A stretch of 64,000 nt of DNA, taken from Octopus bimaculoides (lineage: Eukaryota). The notes below the pieces were generated by a model that saw only the letters and a list, made by a program, of their open reading frames with translations, did no database searches and was not told the DNA's origin. The stretch lies in assembly GCF_001194135.2 (NCBI RefSeq), contig NC_068988.1, positions 45,807,377 to 45,871,376 of the forward strand. The letters are read 5' to 3'. A program made the translations under genes and the position numbers. Shown here one piece after another: positions 50,483-64,000 of this stretch (position 1 is the stretch's first letter; every line of letters begins with the position of its first letter).

Positions 50483-52606
50483 CATAAATACATATATAGA
50501 CTCATACAAAAACAGATGTATTCACAGATATACATACATAGACATATATGCTAGCACAAATTCTCATACAGGTGTATGTGTATAAATCCATGCTGATGAA
50601 AGACACTCACATACATGTATACATACTTACATTCATGCATACATACACACATGCATACATGCATGCATACATACATACATACACATATGTACATCACACA
50701 CTAGCATACATATATAGAAATAGGCAAACAGCATATACACAAGCACATGTAGATACATAGACCAGTACACTCTCTCTCTTTCTCTATGTGTCTCTCTGTC
50801 TATCTGTCTGTCTCTGTCTGTCTGTCTGTCTCTCTATCTCTCTGTCTATCTTGCTCTCTCTCTTATATAGACACAAGCAAACACAACACAACTATGCATA
50901 CATATTCTCTATTGCAGCCCACAGTATTAACAATTTAAACTATGTAACAAAAACCAAAACTAACCAGTGTATTTAGTTTTATTTTAAAAATAAATATTCA
51001 ATATTTAATTTTCATTTTTGTTTTATTTATTTCTTTATTCTATTCTTATCACTTATTTATTTATTATTTATTTATTTATTATTTTTTTTTTTTTTGCAGA
51101 GAGGAGGAAATTATTGTAATTTTTAATGTACCTGTCATGGCAGTTGTAAAAGTACCTAAAACAGTAATAATGAAGAAAATAATCTCTGAAATAAGTGAAC
51201 AAAGAAACAAACAACCAATATTTCATCATTCCCCACAGCTATGAATTTCACTTGAGAAAGTTAACAGAAATAAAAGCACACTAATGAAAATAATAATAAT
51301 TAATTGTTATTAAGAAAAACAGAGTAAAAATATAGCACCAAACAACAATAAAAGCATCAGCCAAGGCTGCAACATAATGTGTTTAGCTAACAGGATAAAC
51401 TGAATATAATTCCTTTAGTTTGTTTTATGCTGTTATGACCAAAATGAGCTCTCTGCCACACAGACAAATAAGTAAATGAATAAATATATATATATATATA
51501 TATACAAAAATGAAAGGAAATTTAAAATAAGTGATTTTTTAAAACATATATTTCAACATTTATGAGATATATTAATGTTTAAAAGATTTGGAAATAATAC
51601 AGAAATATAAACTCATGTTTATATAATTTCACACTGCAAATTGTGTTTGAGGTTAAAGTGCTGAAATACTTGTCAAAGAGTGATGAGTTCTTTCCTTGCT
51701 GTTCACTGTAATTTTGTTGTTTAGCCCAATATCAACTAATAAAATTTGTAGCCAATAAATTAATAATCAAAGACTTTCCAGCTTACCCCTTATTTCACAA
51801 ATGGTGTACCAATGATTACATTATTCAAGTTACCTTATTTACCGCACCTTTGATCACTACTTACATGAATTTGATAAGAACTTTCTTGCAGTTGACTCAT
51901 TACAGGTATAAATAAATATAAACTGCATCTTATCTATATAAACATTACATGTATTTACTTTAATAATACTTCCACCTTTTCCCAAACCTTGGTTGAGTTG
52001 AGCCAATAAAGGTACTCCTGTCTAGTAATAGGCTGACAGGAAATAACAAACAATTCCCTTCAAAATTACATTCTCCTATCCTAAAAAAATGAAGGCTTCA
52101 TTGGTCTGTCTGTCTGCCTGTCTATATTTATGCATATGTATTATATATATATATATATATGTGTGTGGGGGGGGGGATACAGAAACTACAATCTGCTTGT
52201 GAATGCTGTATAAATGAAAAATGCATACAAAGGTAACAGGTATTGTCAGTTATTATACATAATTCAATGGCAAATTAGGAAGGAATTGATTGTTTCTGTT
52301 TTGAAATAAAATATTATGTCTGATGCATTACTATGTTGGTTTTTTTTATTCTTTATAAGTTACTTGAAAACTTCAAGTATATTTTTTTTTCCTTCAACTC
52401 ATTATATCCTATTACAAATAAGTTTTGAGGTGAATAGTGTTGGCTTTATGTCTACATGAATGTATGGCTCTTTCAGAGTAGTTTGATAACCCTAGAGCCA
52501 ATGGAAATTTAGGCAGACTGCCAGATCAGAAAGTATTGCAAACTTTCATTTGTCCAAAAGCCCACTTGTCTGAAAACTTTAAAACTATAGTATTATTATA
52601 GAGAGT

Positions 52607-52965
52607 GAAGGTACATGACTCAGTGGTTAGATCATTCAGCTCACAATCATGAGGTAGTGAGTTTGATTCCCGAACCAGGGCTCTTTATTGTATTCTTGAG
52701 CAAGACATTTCAAGGCATGTTATTTCATGTTGCTCCAGTTCCCCCAGTTCCCTCAGCTGTATAAACGAGTTGCAGCATCACTGGCGCCAAGCTGTATCAG
52801 TCTTCGCTTTTCCCTCGGATAACATCGGCTGCATGGAGAATGGGAACTGGTATGCATTGGTGGCTGCTGATCTTCCATAAACAACCTTGCCGAGACTTGT
52901 GCCTTGGAGGAGAACCTTGATGGTGCAATGCCATGGTCATTCATGACTGATGGGTGTCTTTACAC
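52607..52965 (+). mobile_element. tRNA-derived SINE family 2, full length
   Basis: A-box-like tgactcagtggttag, B-box gagtttgattccc, body ttcttgagcaagac...ttgctccagtt, and tail catggtcattcatgactga..gtctttac. Confidence 0.85.
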
Positions 52966-53084
52966 TTTATTATAGAAAGATTCAATATGTCCAAAGTTAT
53001 ATATTTACTTTTGCATTGAAAACTAGTTGCAAGGTTCTTTCTATATTTTGCACTTTATTTGTATGACCATCTCACAAAATACAA

Positions 53085-53087
<3 letters not shown>

Positions 53088-53147
<60 letters not shown>

Positions 53148-53400
53148 TTGATACATGTTTAAAAACACATGTCTAATAAAAATTCTTCATGTGAGATGAG
53201 ACACTAGTACCCTTCCTCATCGTCATCATTGTTGTCATCATCATGATCGTCATTGTTGTTCTTGTCATTGTCATCACGGTCGTCATTATCAGTGTCATCT
53301 TCATCATCATCATCATTGTTGTTTTGTCCTCTTCCCTCTCATCATCATCCATCACCACCACAACCCCCACCACCACTAACTATTGTCATCATCATTTCAA
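53088..53400. repeat. (AAT)n and (CAT)-rich simple repeats
   Basis: Directly visible. Confidence 0.85.
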
Positions 53401-55065
53401 TGTCTATGCTTTCATTCTTTCATGGATCAGGCAACATTCTTTGAGACAAATTATCAGCTGCTGGATGCTCTTTCTGTTATCAACCATTACATGTTTCTAA
53501 GCAGAGCTTTTTCAAGTGCAAAGAGATCTATGGTCAGACAGAACTTTCCCAGAAGATGATGACAAAATTAACTGTCTTTGTTTACAATCAGCATGCAATA
53601 CCAAGACAAGGAGATACTAGCACATACACACACATATTCCCCCATACACACACAAACATTTACATGAAAGGCTTTTGTCCCTTTCCATCAAATAAATTCA
53701 CTCACAAGGATCTCGATGACTCATAGCAGAAGTAAGCAGAAAACACTTGTCCAAATTATCATGCAAAGGGATTGAATCTGAAACTGCGTGGTTGGATATT
53801 AAAATTCTCTGTAGCACAGTTATGTCTATGTCTGATATGATACTAACAGTACCAAATATTTTCCTGCAGGTTAGATTTATGTATGCTTTTTATTTAAGTT
53901 ACTTGCCAACAATATTTCCAAAGAATTTGAAGTAATCGTCCAATTCTGTTTTGTTACCTTCAAATTCAAGCTGTGAGAGTGAGTCCAAGGAAAAGCATTT
54001 CTGATGATGATAGAAGTGCATATATTTAGTTTTTGAAACATTTAGTGAGGGCTTATGCTTTGTTAGTCAATTTGTTGCATTTATATTGTTCTATTCGGGT
54101 CTGAATAAATGAAAGAGGAAATCATTGATACGTCTGAGAAATACAGAATGAAATAAAATAATTTTGCATGTGTGAATGTCATTCTAGTAGACAACAAATG
54201 AAAGGGGATATAGAATGAAGCCTTATCAAACACGAATGAAAAGAAGTAGATGAAATAGTATTTTTTCCACTGTACTTAACAAACTGATATTGATTAGTGA
54301 GGTAATTTTGGAATATTTGATGTGTTTTATATGTAATTCAATAATGATGTAGGTTGATCACTAATTGAATCCAAGGTACCTGTTGTTGCTGAAACATTTA
54401 ATCATTCTTCAAAGAAAAGTTAAATTGTTGCTATACAGTTCTCACTGGATCTGTTATCACAATTGATATTAGACTGTCTTTTTTCAGCCAGGCATCTTTT
54501 CAATACTCTTCCAGATTGCTTGTGTTTTTCCAGCTTCTTTCACAAAACCCTTTAATCAAGATCTACTGAAAAGGCTAAGAACAAGAGAAATATTAGTGAA
54601 CAAATACCTTCATTAAGAATATACGTGGATGCCTACCACTCAAGAAAGTGCAATCTTGGTTGTGCAAATGGGGCAGTAATTCAAGATAGCCTCAGTTTCT
54701 CTGAAGTGCTAAATTAATCTATTAAAACTATCATGTCCTTGCACACTTATACTGATACCAATATTTGTACAATATTGGTATCAATACTGATACCAATATT
54801 TGTAACAGCATTGCCTTCAAGCAATTCATCTCTACATTTTTTTTGCTGTGAATGTCAGCAGAAATTTGCTAGTGTGCAAAGTTTGCCTTTTTTTCTAAAG
54901 TATGTGTGTATCCATGTGAGTAACAATCACCCTAATGCTTTTGGTAAAAACAAAAATTCAATTTCATTTTGAAAACTTTATGTACGCATTTTTTCTTTTG
55001 TGTCCTCCTTATTTCTGAGAAGCATACTTGACTTTGAAGTTTGTTTTTTATTTATTATAGATTAT

Positions 55066-55290
55066 AAGGGCAGCAAGCTTGCAGAATCATTACCACATCA
55101 GACAAAATGCTTAGCAGCATTTCGTCTGACTTTACATTCTGAGTTCAAATTCTGCCAAGGCTGACTTTGCCTTTTATCCTTTCAGGGTCAATAAAATAAA
55201 TACCAGTTGTGCACTGGGGTCGATGTAATTGACTTATCACTTCCCTGAAATTGCTGGCCTTGTACCAAAATTTTAAACCATTATTATTAT
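55066..55290 (+). mobile_element. SINE family 3
   Basis: agggcagcaagcttgcagaatc...ctgagttcaaattctgcc...ctggggtcgatgtaattgac. Confidence 0.8.
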
Positions 55291-55320
55291 AGATTATATA
55301 ACATGTATATCTGTACATGT

Positions 55321-55655
55321 GAAGGTGCATGGCTCAGTGGTTAGAACATCAGATCACACTCATCAGGTAGTGAGTTCCATTCCCGGACCAGAGCATGTGT
55401 TGTGTTCTTGAGCAAGACATTTTATTTCACATTGCTCCAGTTCACTCAGCTGCAGAAAAAAATGAGTTGTGCCATCACTGCTGCATTGGCCTTTGCCTTT
55501 CCTTTGGACAACATTGGTGGCATGGAGAAAAGAAGCTTGTATGCATGGACGACTACTGGTCTTTCATAAGTAACCTTGCCTGGACTTGTATCTCGGATGG
55601 TAACTTTCTAGGTGCAATCCTTTGGTCATTCTTGATTGAAAGGCGTCTTTACTCT
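55321..55655 (+). mobile_element. SINE family 2, full length
   Basis: gaaggtgcatggctcagtggttag...gagttccattcccgg; colinear with 52607-52965. Confidence 0.85.
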
Positions 55656-56376
55656 TTTATGCCTTGATACAATGGATACACCTGGATACAATGTTAAGGA
55701 GAGTTTATTCAATAGATATCCTGCTGTAAAATTTAATGTATTGACCTTATGGAAGAAGATATTGAATATGATAATAGAAGTATATATATGTTTTGGTGTA
55801 TGTATATACATTAATCCTTATTTCATATATTTGTGAGATAAATAAAGACCAGTGCAATATTTCAGTGCAGAAGATTACTTTGGAACTCAAGTAACTGAAG
55901 AAAGTCAATGAGGCAGAAACTAAGGTTGCTGAGACCAGGTAAGGATAGTTTTGGTTGTCAAGAGATTGCAAATGAAATCCTTTTTGCAGGTGAAGGCTAA
56001 TTCAGCCCTTACTGCCTCTTCAGGTAGATATACAGTCTAAGGGGAAAAAGTTTGAAGCATCTACTGACAATAAAGTGGAGTTTCCAACAGTGTGACACTT
56101 TTAGTCACCATCAATAGAAAGAGTTTTCAACAGCAGCTCAAGCAAGTTCTTCTTGGAGCAAAGGATCTCTGATATACATTTCACATGTACTTATATTTGG
56201 GCTCTCCTTTCTGAGGTATCTCTTAAGTGATGATCAATTTCGCGTAAAATTCAAGGCAGATGGGAAAAATCAAGTCAGAAATGTTAAGAAACATGATAAA
56301 ATACTTACAATAAATTTGAACTCATTGCTCATGAACTGGTTGATGACTATTTTATGCACTCAAGCATCTCTTTATA

Positions 56377-56446
<70 letters not shown>

Positions 56447-57766
56447 TGTGTGTGTAATATCTTTTAACTATAAATATATTTGCATGTCTCACCATAGGTA
56501 ATAAATATTGATTTCTCAGACTGACAAATTGCCATAAATTTGCTTGGAGGACAAGGTCAATTAAATTAATGCAGTAATTAATTGATACTTAATTTTATCA
56601 ATTCTATAAGCCTGGAAGTTCACCCTGGTTAAATTTGAAAAAAATATCACTAAGCTTTTTATCCAGTGTACCATAGATCCTAACATTATTCTCTCTTGTC
56701 AGTAATAAATAATGATAATTTATGTTTAACATACAACTACCAGCTTTAAAAAGTTCTTTTAGAAAATAGAATAAAGTTATTTAATGCTCATGAATCTTCT
56801 AAAAATAAAAAAACAAAAAATGATTATTCTAAATACAAAACATATTTTTTCTCTTCCTTCACAATCTGAAGTTTTGTGAAGTTCAGTATCTTTGGTAAGA
56901 AGTTTTGTCAGCTCAAAGGAGCAATTCAATGCATTTCTTAGTTCATTAAAACAAATTGTCCATTTTTCATTGAAATTCCAAAGTTACAATTCTAGTTCCA
57001 CCCATTTCTAAATGCCATTGTATTGTTACAGCAAATATAGAGGTATTGTTTTCCTTGTTTCAAAAGTATCTGACAGATTTTTAACACAAAATAACAAAAC
57101 TAAAATTTGCAAAAAATAACAACACTCATAGAGTCAGTTATAATAATCAAACTTTGTTCACATGATGCTCCATGTATGTGATTGTATACATGTGTTCTGT
57201 AACTAAGAATGTATTGTTTTCTCAATTCATATTTTTGATCAAATGAGTGATGTGAAATGTTACAATTGTAATCAACATCGAGTGGTAAAGGATTTGGTAG
57301 AAATGACTGAATATCAGTATTTAGTCCTATTCATAGATGAATGCCAATATTTAGTTATATTAATACTTGAGTGCCTCAGTATTTAGCATTATTCAAAGAT
57401 GAGTATCGTTGACTGTCAATATTTGGCTATATTTATTTATGATTCTTTAGCTCGATCCTAACAATGTCAATTTGAAGACTTAGCTCACCCTTCTTGTGTC
57501 AATTAAATACATTCTGGCAATGTCAATTCAACTGAATGGAGGCCTGCCCTAAAAAAGAAAATTTATCCTTTTGTCCAAAGCATACCATCATAATTCTCAT
57601 ATATATGTACTGTTTACTGTTTCTGTTGATTTTCTACCATATGGCTAATAGTTTTCTTTTCAAAAAATGATTTAATTACATACGGTAAGATGAAATACTA
57701 AAGTGTTGTAATATTTTGATTTTATCTATTTCTTTATTTTTTATCTTTCACATTTTTTCAGTCATT

Positions 57767-57965
57767 GGGCTGTGGTCATGATGGAGCATTGCCTTGAAGG
57801 ATTTAGTCAAGCAAATCTACCTTAGTACTTATCTGTAAGTCTGGTATTTATTCTATCATATACTTTTGCCAAACTGCTAAGTTACAGGTATGTAAATTAA
57901 TTAAAACCAATTATCAAGCAGTGATGTTGGAAAAATGGACAAACACAATGCAAGCACAAAGACAC
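57767..57965 (-). mobile_element. SINE family 1, degenerate 3' half
   Basis: ttcagtcattgggctgtggtcatgatggagca...ctgctaagttacagg. Confidence 0.55.
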
Positions 57966-58199
57966 ACACACACACACACATGGGAACATTCTTATAAGCA
58001 AACATTGATGCATCGAGTAGTTGGTAATTTTTAGAAATGAAGGAAACCTTGGACACAGGGTAATAGATGTGATAACACTATAGAGATTTTAGAAAATACC
58101 GTTATAGATGGAAAAAAGTGGCCAGCAAGCCACTATATATATGTATATATGTGTGTGTATGTATGTGTGTGTATATATATATATATTATTTTTTATTAT

Positions 58200-58450
58200 T
58201 ATGCGCCCTTTTAAAGCTTAGCCAGGCTCATGGGCCCAGTTTCCCGGTTTCTATGGCATATGTGTTCTCCCCACCAGCTGGACGGGACGCCAGTCCATCA
58301 CAGCATTACTCAAGAAACAGGAAGAAAGAGTGAGAGAAAGTTGGGGTGAAAGACTACAACAGGGGTCACCACCATGCTTGCCAGAGGTCTGGGAATTGAA
58401 ACCCTGTCCTCCGACCGCGATTCCCCTGCCCTAACTACTGGGCCATTGTG
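58200..58450 (-). mobile_element. tRNA-derived SINE family 4
   Basis: Minus strand reads tggcccagtagttagggc (A-box), ggtttcaattccc (B-box), then gtgatggactggcgtcccgtccag...agaaaccgggaaac. Confidence 0.7.
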
Positions 58451-58773
58451 NNNNNNNNNNNNNNNNNNNNNNNNNNNNNNNNNNNNNNNNNNNNNNNNNN
58501 NNNNNNNNNNNNNNNNNNNNNNNNNNNNNNNNNNNNNNNNNNNNNNNNNNNNNNNNNNNNNNNNNNNNNNNNNNNNNNNNNNNNNNNNNNNNNNNNNNNN
58601 NNNNNNNNNNNNNNNNNNNNNNNNNNNNNNNNNNNNNNNNNNNNNNNNNNNNNNNNNNNNNNNNNNNNNNNNNNNNNNNNNNNNNNNNNNNNNNNNNNNN
58701 NNNNNNNNNNNNNNNNNNNNNNNNNNNNNNNNNNNNNNNNNNNNNNNNACATACATATATATATATATATAAC

Positions 58774-58907
58774 AACAAATAACAATAGATGGATTGTTGT
58801 TCATTTGCTACAGCTGTTTCCGACATGATTTTTATTGATGAATAGAGTTATTGCATCACGGGTGGGGGGGACGTTTTGCACATGATGAAATAACTCTATT
58901 CATACCA

Positions 58908-58946
<39 letters not shown>

Positions 58947-59000
58947 CACGTCTGAAACAGTTGTAGTGAGTGAACCAATATCCAGCTGTTATTATTTGTT
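58774..59000. mobile_element. Fold-back element with a GAAACAGCTGTA half-hammerhead in each arm
   Basis: 58774-58860 pairs with 58880-59000. tacagctgtttc at 58809-58820 pairs with gaaacagttgta at 58954-58965, and the right arm has an (AAT)n expansion. Confidence 0.65.
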
Positions 59001-59814
59001 TATTATTCATCTTACTCAGAACCTGCAATTAGCATGGATCTGAAGTTTATTGAGTGCAGTTCATATGGTGTAGTTTTGTACCTAGGTGCAGCCTTGAAAC
59101 TCATGGTATATTCAGTCAGATACTGGTGATCGTACATGCAACTAGAATATAAATCCGTCTTTACTTCAGTATGGACATATATGTTCCTCTAATTTTGCTT
59201 TGCACCCAATACCAATTTCATTGACCTGACCTTTCACTTGAATCTTGAACATTTATACACACACACACACGCACACACACACACACACACACACATATAA
59301 TCCAAATAATAATAAGACAAATAAATTCTTTAACACACCTTTAATGATTCATTACAATTGTTTAGGTACCAATTTTGCTGGAAATGCCCATATATGTAAG
59401 AATTTGAAATGAAAATTTATGCAATGTTTGCCATTTTAAACATAAGAATGATACTTCATCAGACTTGCATCAAAGGTTTGCTATCACATTGTGCATCTTC
59501 CAGGCATCGTTTTTTGGTTTATATCAGGATCAAACAGAAAATAAATAAAAGTTTTGTAATGAGATGAGTAAGGTAAAAATCACGTGGAGGCGGTATAAAG
59601 AGGAATCTTCATATTCTTCTTTTACCTTGTATGTACATGCACCAATTCAACTGACCTTTGGCTAGTTACTACCTTTAGTTGTATAGCAGTTCATCTTACA
59701 TTGCATAACTCCCATCCTTTTCATTATCTCCATTCTTGCACCTGTAGTTATAAGACCTGTAGTTATATTTTTTGTTAATGTGAGACATCATTACTTTCGT
59801 TAAATTCGAAGGAG

Positions 59815-59952
59815 GAATTTCAATCATGTTTCATGGTCTGCTACCACAACAGCTCCTTTATGGCATCCAGTTAGCTCAAGACATCATCAGGAGGAACCAC
59901 GTCCGGTTTCGCCCCCTACTCCTCTACCGTTTTGATGTGGCAGGGCCCACCT
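59815..59952 (-). mobile_element. Solo 3' end of the HERO-like element
   Basis: Near-identical to 3739-3880. Confidence 0.85.
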
Positions 59953-60044
59953 TACTACTTAAGGAAATTTTTTTTTCTGTCACCGTGGCTGTTGGATTTA
60001 CTTCTACAGGGTAAAAAATTTGGGAGCTAATTAATGACCAACAT

Positions 60045-60340
60045 CAAACAGTTGATGCAGGAGAAAATTTCAGATATTGTAAAACAATTAAAGCTTGGAA
60101 CATCTACAGTGGGAACAAAACATAACAAGAACAAAAATATTACAAATATCCAGGTAGCTACTCTATTTACATATCTCTGTGTACAATATGACTGTCACAC
60201 TGGACATTACGTGTCAATAAGGATGATGATTATTTGTGAGCAAGCTAAAATGTGACAATTTTCAGAAAGAGTAAGAGGAAATTTCTTATGCAAAACATTT
60301 TCTGGCTAGTAAATGGTTGAATGGTTTAACAAACACCTTA
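60045..60340 (+). mobile_element. pogo/Tigger-like transposase N-terminal relic
   Basis: EKISDIVKQLKLGTSTVGT...MMIICEQAK...FLASKWLNG resembles the two CENP-B-type HTH motifs. Confidence 0.45.
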
Positions 60341-61987
60341 TTTTGTATAGTATTAAAATTATTGATGAAGCTACCAATATTGATATTAAGGCTGATGCTA
60401 ATTATCTTGAGAAGCAGAAGAAAAGAATTGCTAGAACAAGTATAGCAAGTTGAATAAAAATGACCTTCATAAAAGTGCATGCTAGTTAAAATTTTCATTT
60501 CTAGTAAAGACAAATCAGCATCAGAGATCAAGAAACCAAACATTATCAGTTATACAATCTATTTTGAAAAGTGTCATTTACTGTTTAACATATCAGCATA
60601 GTGACACAAGCTGAGAACTACAAATCAAAATAATTGAGTAGTTTCACAAACCAGCCCTGCCAAGTGTTTGACGTCATTCTGTCTTATTCACATGGTTACT
60701 AAAAAAGTAATTAACCAATTACATTAATACCAATACTTCACTGATGCATTCTTTATAATTTATATAACAGTAGAAGTTCACCATGGCAATTTTAAAACAC
60801 AGATTATAAAATAATGCTAATCCTGCAAGCTCATGCTTTTACCAGTTATAAATATTGGATAATAATATAAGAGTAAAATATACCAGCCACTGACCAACTG
60901 ACCAACTAGCTAAAGTATAAAATAGTACTTAAACTTATTTATAGGAATAATATACTTTGGAAATGAGTAACTACCACATAATCTTATTTAAGTTTAGTCA
61001 AAGTTTGTAAGGTTATGTTTTAAACAGCCATTGTTTACAACTGATAAAAGGAAGTAGTGAAAATAATGATACATATGAAAAATTAAACAGGAAATGATCA
61101 GGAACATACACACACACACACACAAAAAAGTAAAATAAAAATTAAAAAAATTTTAACAAGAAGATTAAAAATAAATAAAACTGCAATTATTTTTTAAATA
61201 GTTGTTCTTTTGAAACAGGAAATATTCTTTCAGATAATTTTAATTTACTTCATTTGCTTTTTGTTTTATATCTTTACTGAATATGCAATATGTTTCAACT
61301 AATTTTTTTTTTTTTTTCGTTCATACATTATTTTGTTATTTCATTTTTTCAAATGGTTTTATTTTTACAACAGTTTAAGCATTAAGAATTCCCAAGTCTA
61401 CTTCTAGACATTGTCTTGTATGGAAACATTGAATAAAGACTTGATTAACTTTTGTATATATATGTGTGTATGATTGGAAAGTGAAAGTAAATCTGTGCTG
61501 GCTTGTGTAATTGTGTAACCGGAAGGTAACAGTTTATGTCTGTGTGAGTGTGGGGTAGAGAAATGGGAAGTTTCCTGCTATTGCTTTTATCATCATATTT
61601 AGATTCTTTTGGGTTTTATCTTAAATTCTCTATTTTTGTTTTCACTTCTACAGGATAAGAAATTTGGAAGCTACATTCCTTTTTTCTCTTTCACTCATAT
61701 ATGCACATACAGACAAGCATAGAAGCGCACGAACAAAGATACATACAAAGACACACACAAACACACATACAAACACACATACTAACACACTAACATGCAC
61801 ACTTTGTTTTTTAAATCATATCCAATATTAGAGAAATTCTCCCACATCCCCTTATCAAAAATGAAAATATAAATTCAAATGGAAGTAAATAAACAAAAAC
61901 ATTTTTACAGATACTGGAATGTTTAATTGACATTTTAGTAATATATATATGTATATGTGTTTGCATGCATGTATATGTATATATATA

Positions 61988-62075
<88 letters not shown>

Positions 62076-62185
62076 NNNNNNNNNNNAGAGAGAAAGAGAG
62101 TGAGAGAGAGCAAGAAAGCGAGACTAGGAGAGAAACATATAAGCTACTACTACTAGTACTGCTGCTGCTGCTACTACATAATAAC

Positions 62186-62240
<55 letters not shown>

Positions 62241-62657
62241 CCAACAATAGCAACAACATCAGCAACCATCATCATCATTTTCGTCATCATCATCATCATC
62301 ATCATCGTTATTGTTGTTGTTATAACTATAACAGTAACAAAAATGATAATAATAACAATGGTGGTGTCAATGGTAATGTGAACAAATGGTAATCGATAGA
62401 AGCATTGGTTTATATATTAAATAAAAGTAGTACCTTCTGATATAAAAAAAAAAAAAAAGATCTTATTTTGCATTTTGTTGCAGGATAATCAAATCTGCTT
62501 TATTGATTGGGTATGCATGTGTTAATAAGAGAAAAATGTGTATTTGCATGTTTGTGTATATGTGAGTGTGTGAGGGCTTGTGAATGTGTGTGTGTGTGTG
62601 TTTGTGTGTGTGCATGTGCGCATGCACATTTGTGTGTATGAGGGTGTCTTCATCTTC

Positions 62658-62880
62658 TGTCTTTTACTTGTTTCTGTTACTGAATTGTGACCATGCTGGA
62701 GCATTGCCACGAAGGGTTTAGTCAAATGAATCAACCCTAGTACTTACCTTGCCCTTTGTTTCAAGCCTGTTACTTATTTTTTGTGGGGTCTTATGCTGAA
62801 CTGCTTATTTACAAGGTCATAAACAAACCAACACTGGTTGTCAAGTAGTGATGGAAGATAAACACAAATACAAAGACACA
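62658..62880 (-). mobile_element. SINE family 1, degenerate 3' half
   Basis: cttttacttgtttc...gaccatgctggagca...ccaacactggttgtcaag. Confidence 0.6.
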
Positions 62881-62953
62881 CACATTCCTCCATCCATCCA
62901 TCCATCCATCCATTCATCCATGTTTATATTTATAATATATATCTATATATATA

Positions 62954-63380
62954 GGCGCAGGAGTGGCTGTGTGGTAAGTAGCTTGCTTACCAATCACATG
63001 GTTCCGGGCTCAGTCCCACTACGTGGCATCTTGGGCAAGTGTCTTCTACTATAGCCTCGAGCCGACCAAAGCCTTGTGAGTGGATTTGGTAGATGGAAAC
63101 TGAAAGTAGCCCGTCTTATATATGTATATATAAATATATACATATATATATGTGTGTGTGTGTGTATGTTTATGTGTCTGTATTTGTCCCCCTAGCATTG
63201 CTTGACAACCGATGTTGGTGTGTTTATGTCCCCGTCACTTAGCGGTTCGGCAAAAAGAGACCAATAGAGTAAGTACTAGGCTTACAAAGAAGTAAGTCCC
63301 GGGGTTGATTTGCTCGACTAAAGGTGGTGCTCCAGCATGGCCACAGTCAAATGACTGAAACAAGTAAAAGAGTAAAAGAG
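62954..63380 (+). mobile_element. SINE family 1, full length and well preserved
   Basis: ggcgcaggagtggctgtgtggtaag...gcatcttgggcaagtgtcttctactatagcc...gaaacaagtaaaagagtaaaagag. Confidence 0.9.
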
Positions 63381-63420
63381 TATATATATATATATACACA
63401 TATATATATATACATCCTGT

Positions 63421-63695
63421 AGGATTTTCGAGCGAGATCGTTGCCAGTGCCCCTGGACTGGCTTGTGCGGGTGGCACATAAAAGACACCATTTCGAGCGT
63501 GGCCGTTTTCGTGCGGGTGACACGTAAAAGCACCCACTACACTCTCTGAGTGGTTGGCGTTAGGAAGNNNNNNNNNNAGCTGTAGAAACTCTGCCAAATC
63601 AGACTGGAGCCTGGTGTTGCCATCCGGTTTCACCAGTCCTCAGTCAAATCGTCCAACCCATGCTAGCTAGGAAAGCGGACGTTAAACGATGATGA

Positions 63696-63697
<2 letters not shown>
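63421..63697 (+). mobile_element. RTE 3' tail copy
   Basis: Colinear with 920-1230 and ends gaaagcggacgttaaacgatgatgatgat. Confidence 0.8.
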
Positions 63698-63743
<46 letters not shown>

Positions 63744-63757
63744 GTATATATATGCTA

Positions 63758-64000
63758 CATGACAGTAGAACCTGGACCTCAACTACAGAGGACTTGCGAA
63801 GGCTTGAAAGAAATGAGGCTAGGGTAACGTCAGTGTGCATGCCCAATAGAGTGTAAATGATTTAAGAAGAAAATTAGGTATAAGAGGCATCGGATGTTGT
63901 GTGCAAGAGAGAAGACAGCTCTGGTTTGGTCATGTGATGCATATGGATGACGACAGCTGCATTAAGAAGTGCTGAGCTCTAATTGTGGAGGTTACCCATG
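63758..64000 (+). mobile_element. RTE-clade RT C-terminal fragment, running off the window
   Basis: WTSTTEDLRRLERNEAR...LRRKLGIRGIGCCVQERR.LWFGHVMHMDDDSCIKKC; homologous to 38440-38680. Confidence 0.75.

Noticed and set aside
55866-56023. Apparent exon, 51 nt intron, exon arrangement
   Set aside because: All frames contain stops, and splicing creates an immediate TGA.
59415-59475. Minus-strand CTGATGA with flanking atgcaa/ttgcat pairing
   Set aside because: G12 and the cleavage triplet are missing. It is possibly a deleted relic but cannot be supported.

Overview
AT-rich, microsatellite-saturated eukaryotic DNA with many N gaps. It is most likely intronic or intergenic sequence from an octopus-like cephalopod; this is an inference from the SINE families and repeat style, not a database result. 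I can support no intact protein-coding gene, and almost all ORFs in the track are dinucleotide-repeat or N-gap artefacts. The window is a mosaic of decayed mobile elements: a Helitron helicase 3' end, HERO-type (RLE), CR1-like and RTE LINE fragments, two Penelope-like (PLE) coding relics, two DD34D mariners, several DD37D maT/Tc1 relics, a hAT-type MITE, a pogo-like relic and at least four tRNA-derived SINE families. The most interesting signal is a set of small non-coding elements carrying type I hammerhead-ribozyme cores of the minimal, palindromic-stem-III kind known from PLEs. One core is intact (42774-42840), one has all core residues but imperfect stems (22268-22325), and several are CpG-decayed or partial. 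They occur in partial tandems, in fold-back pairs and, once, behind a tRNA-like Pol III head with a perfect 5' inverted duplication. Most end at (TA)n tracts. All alignments and folds were done by eye.
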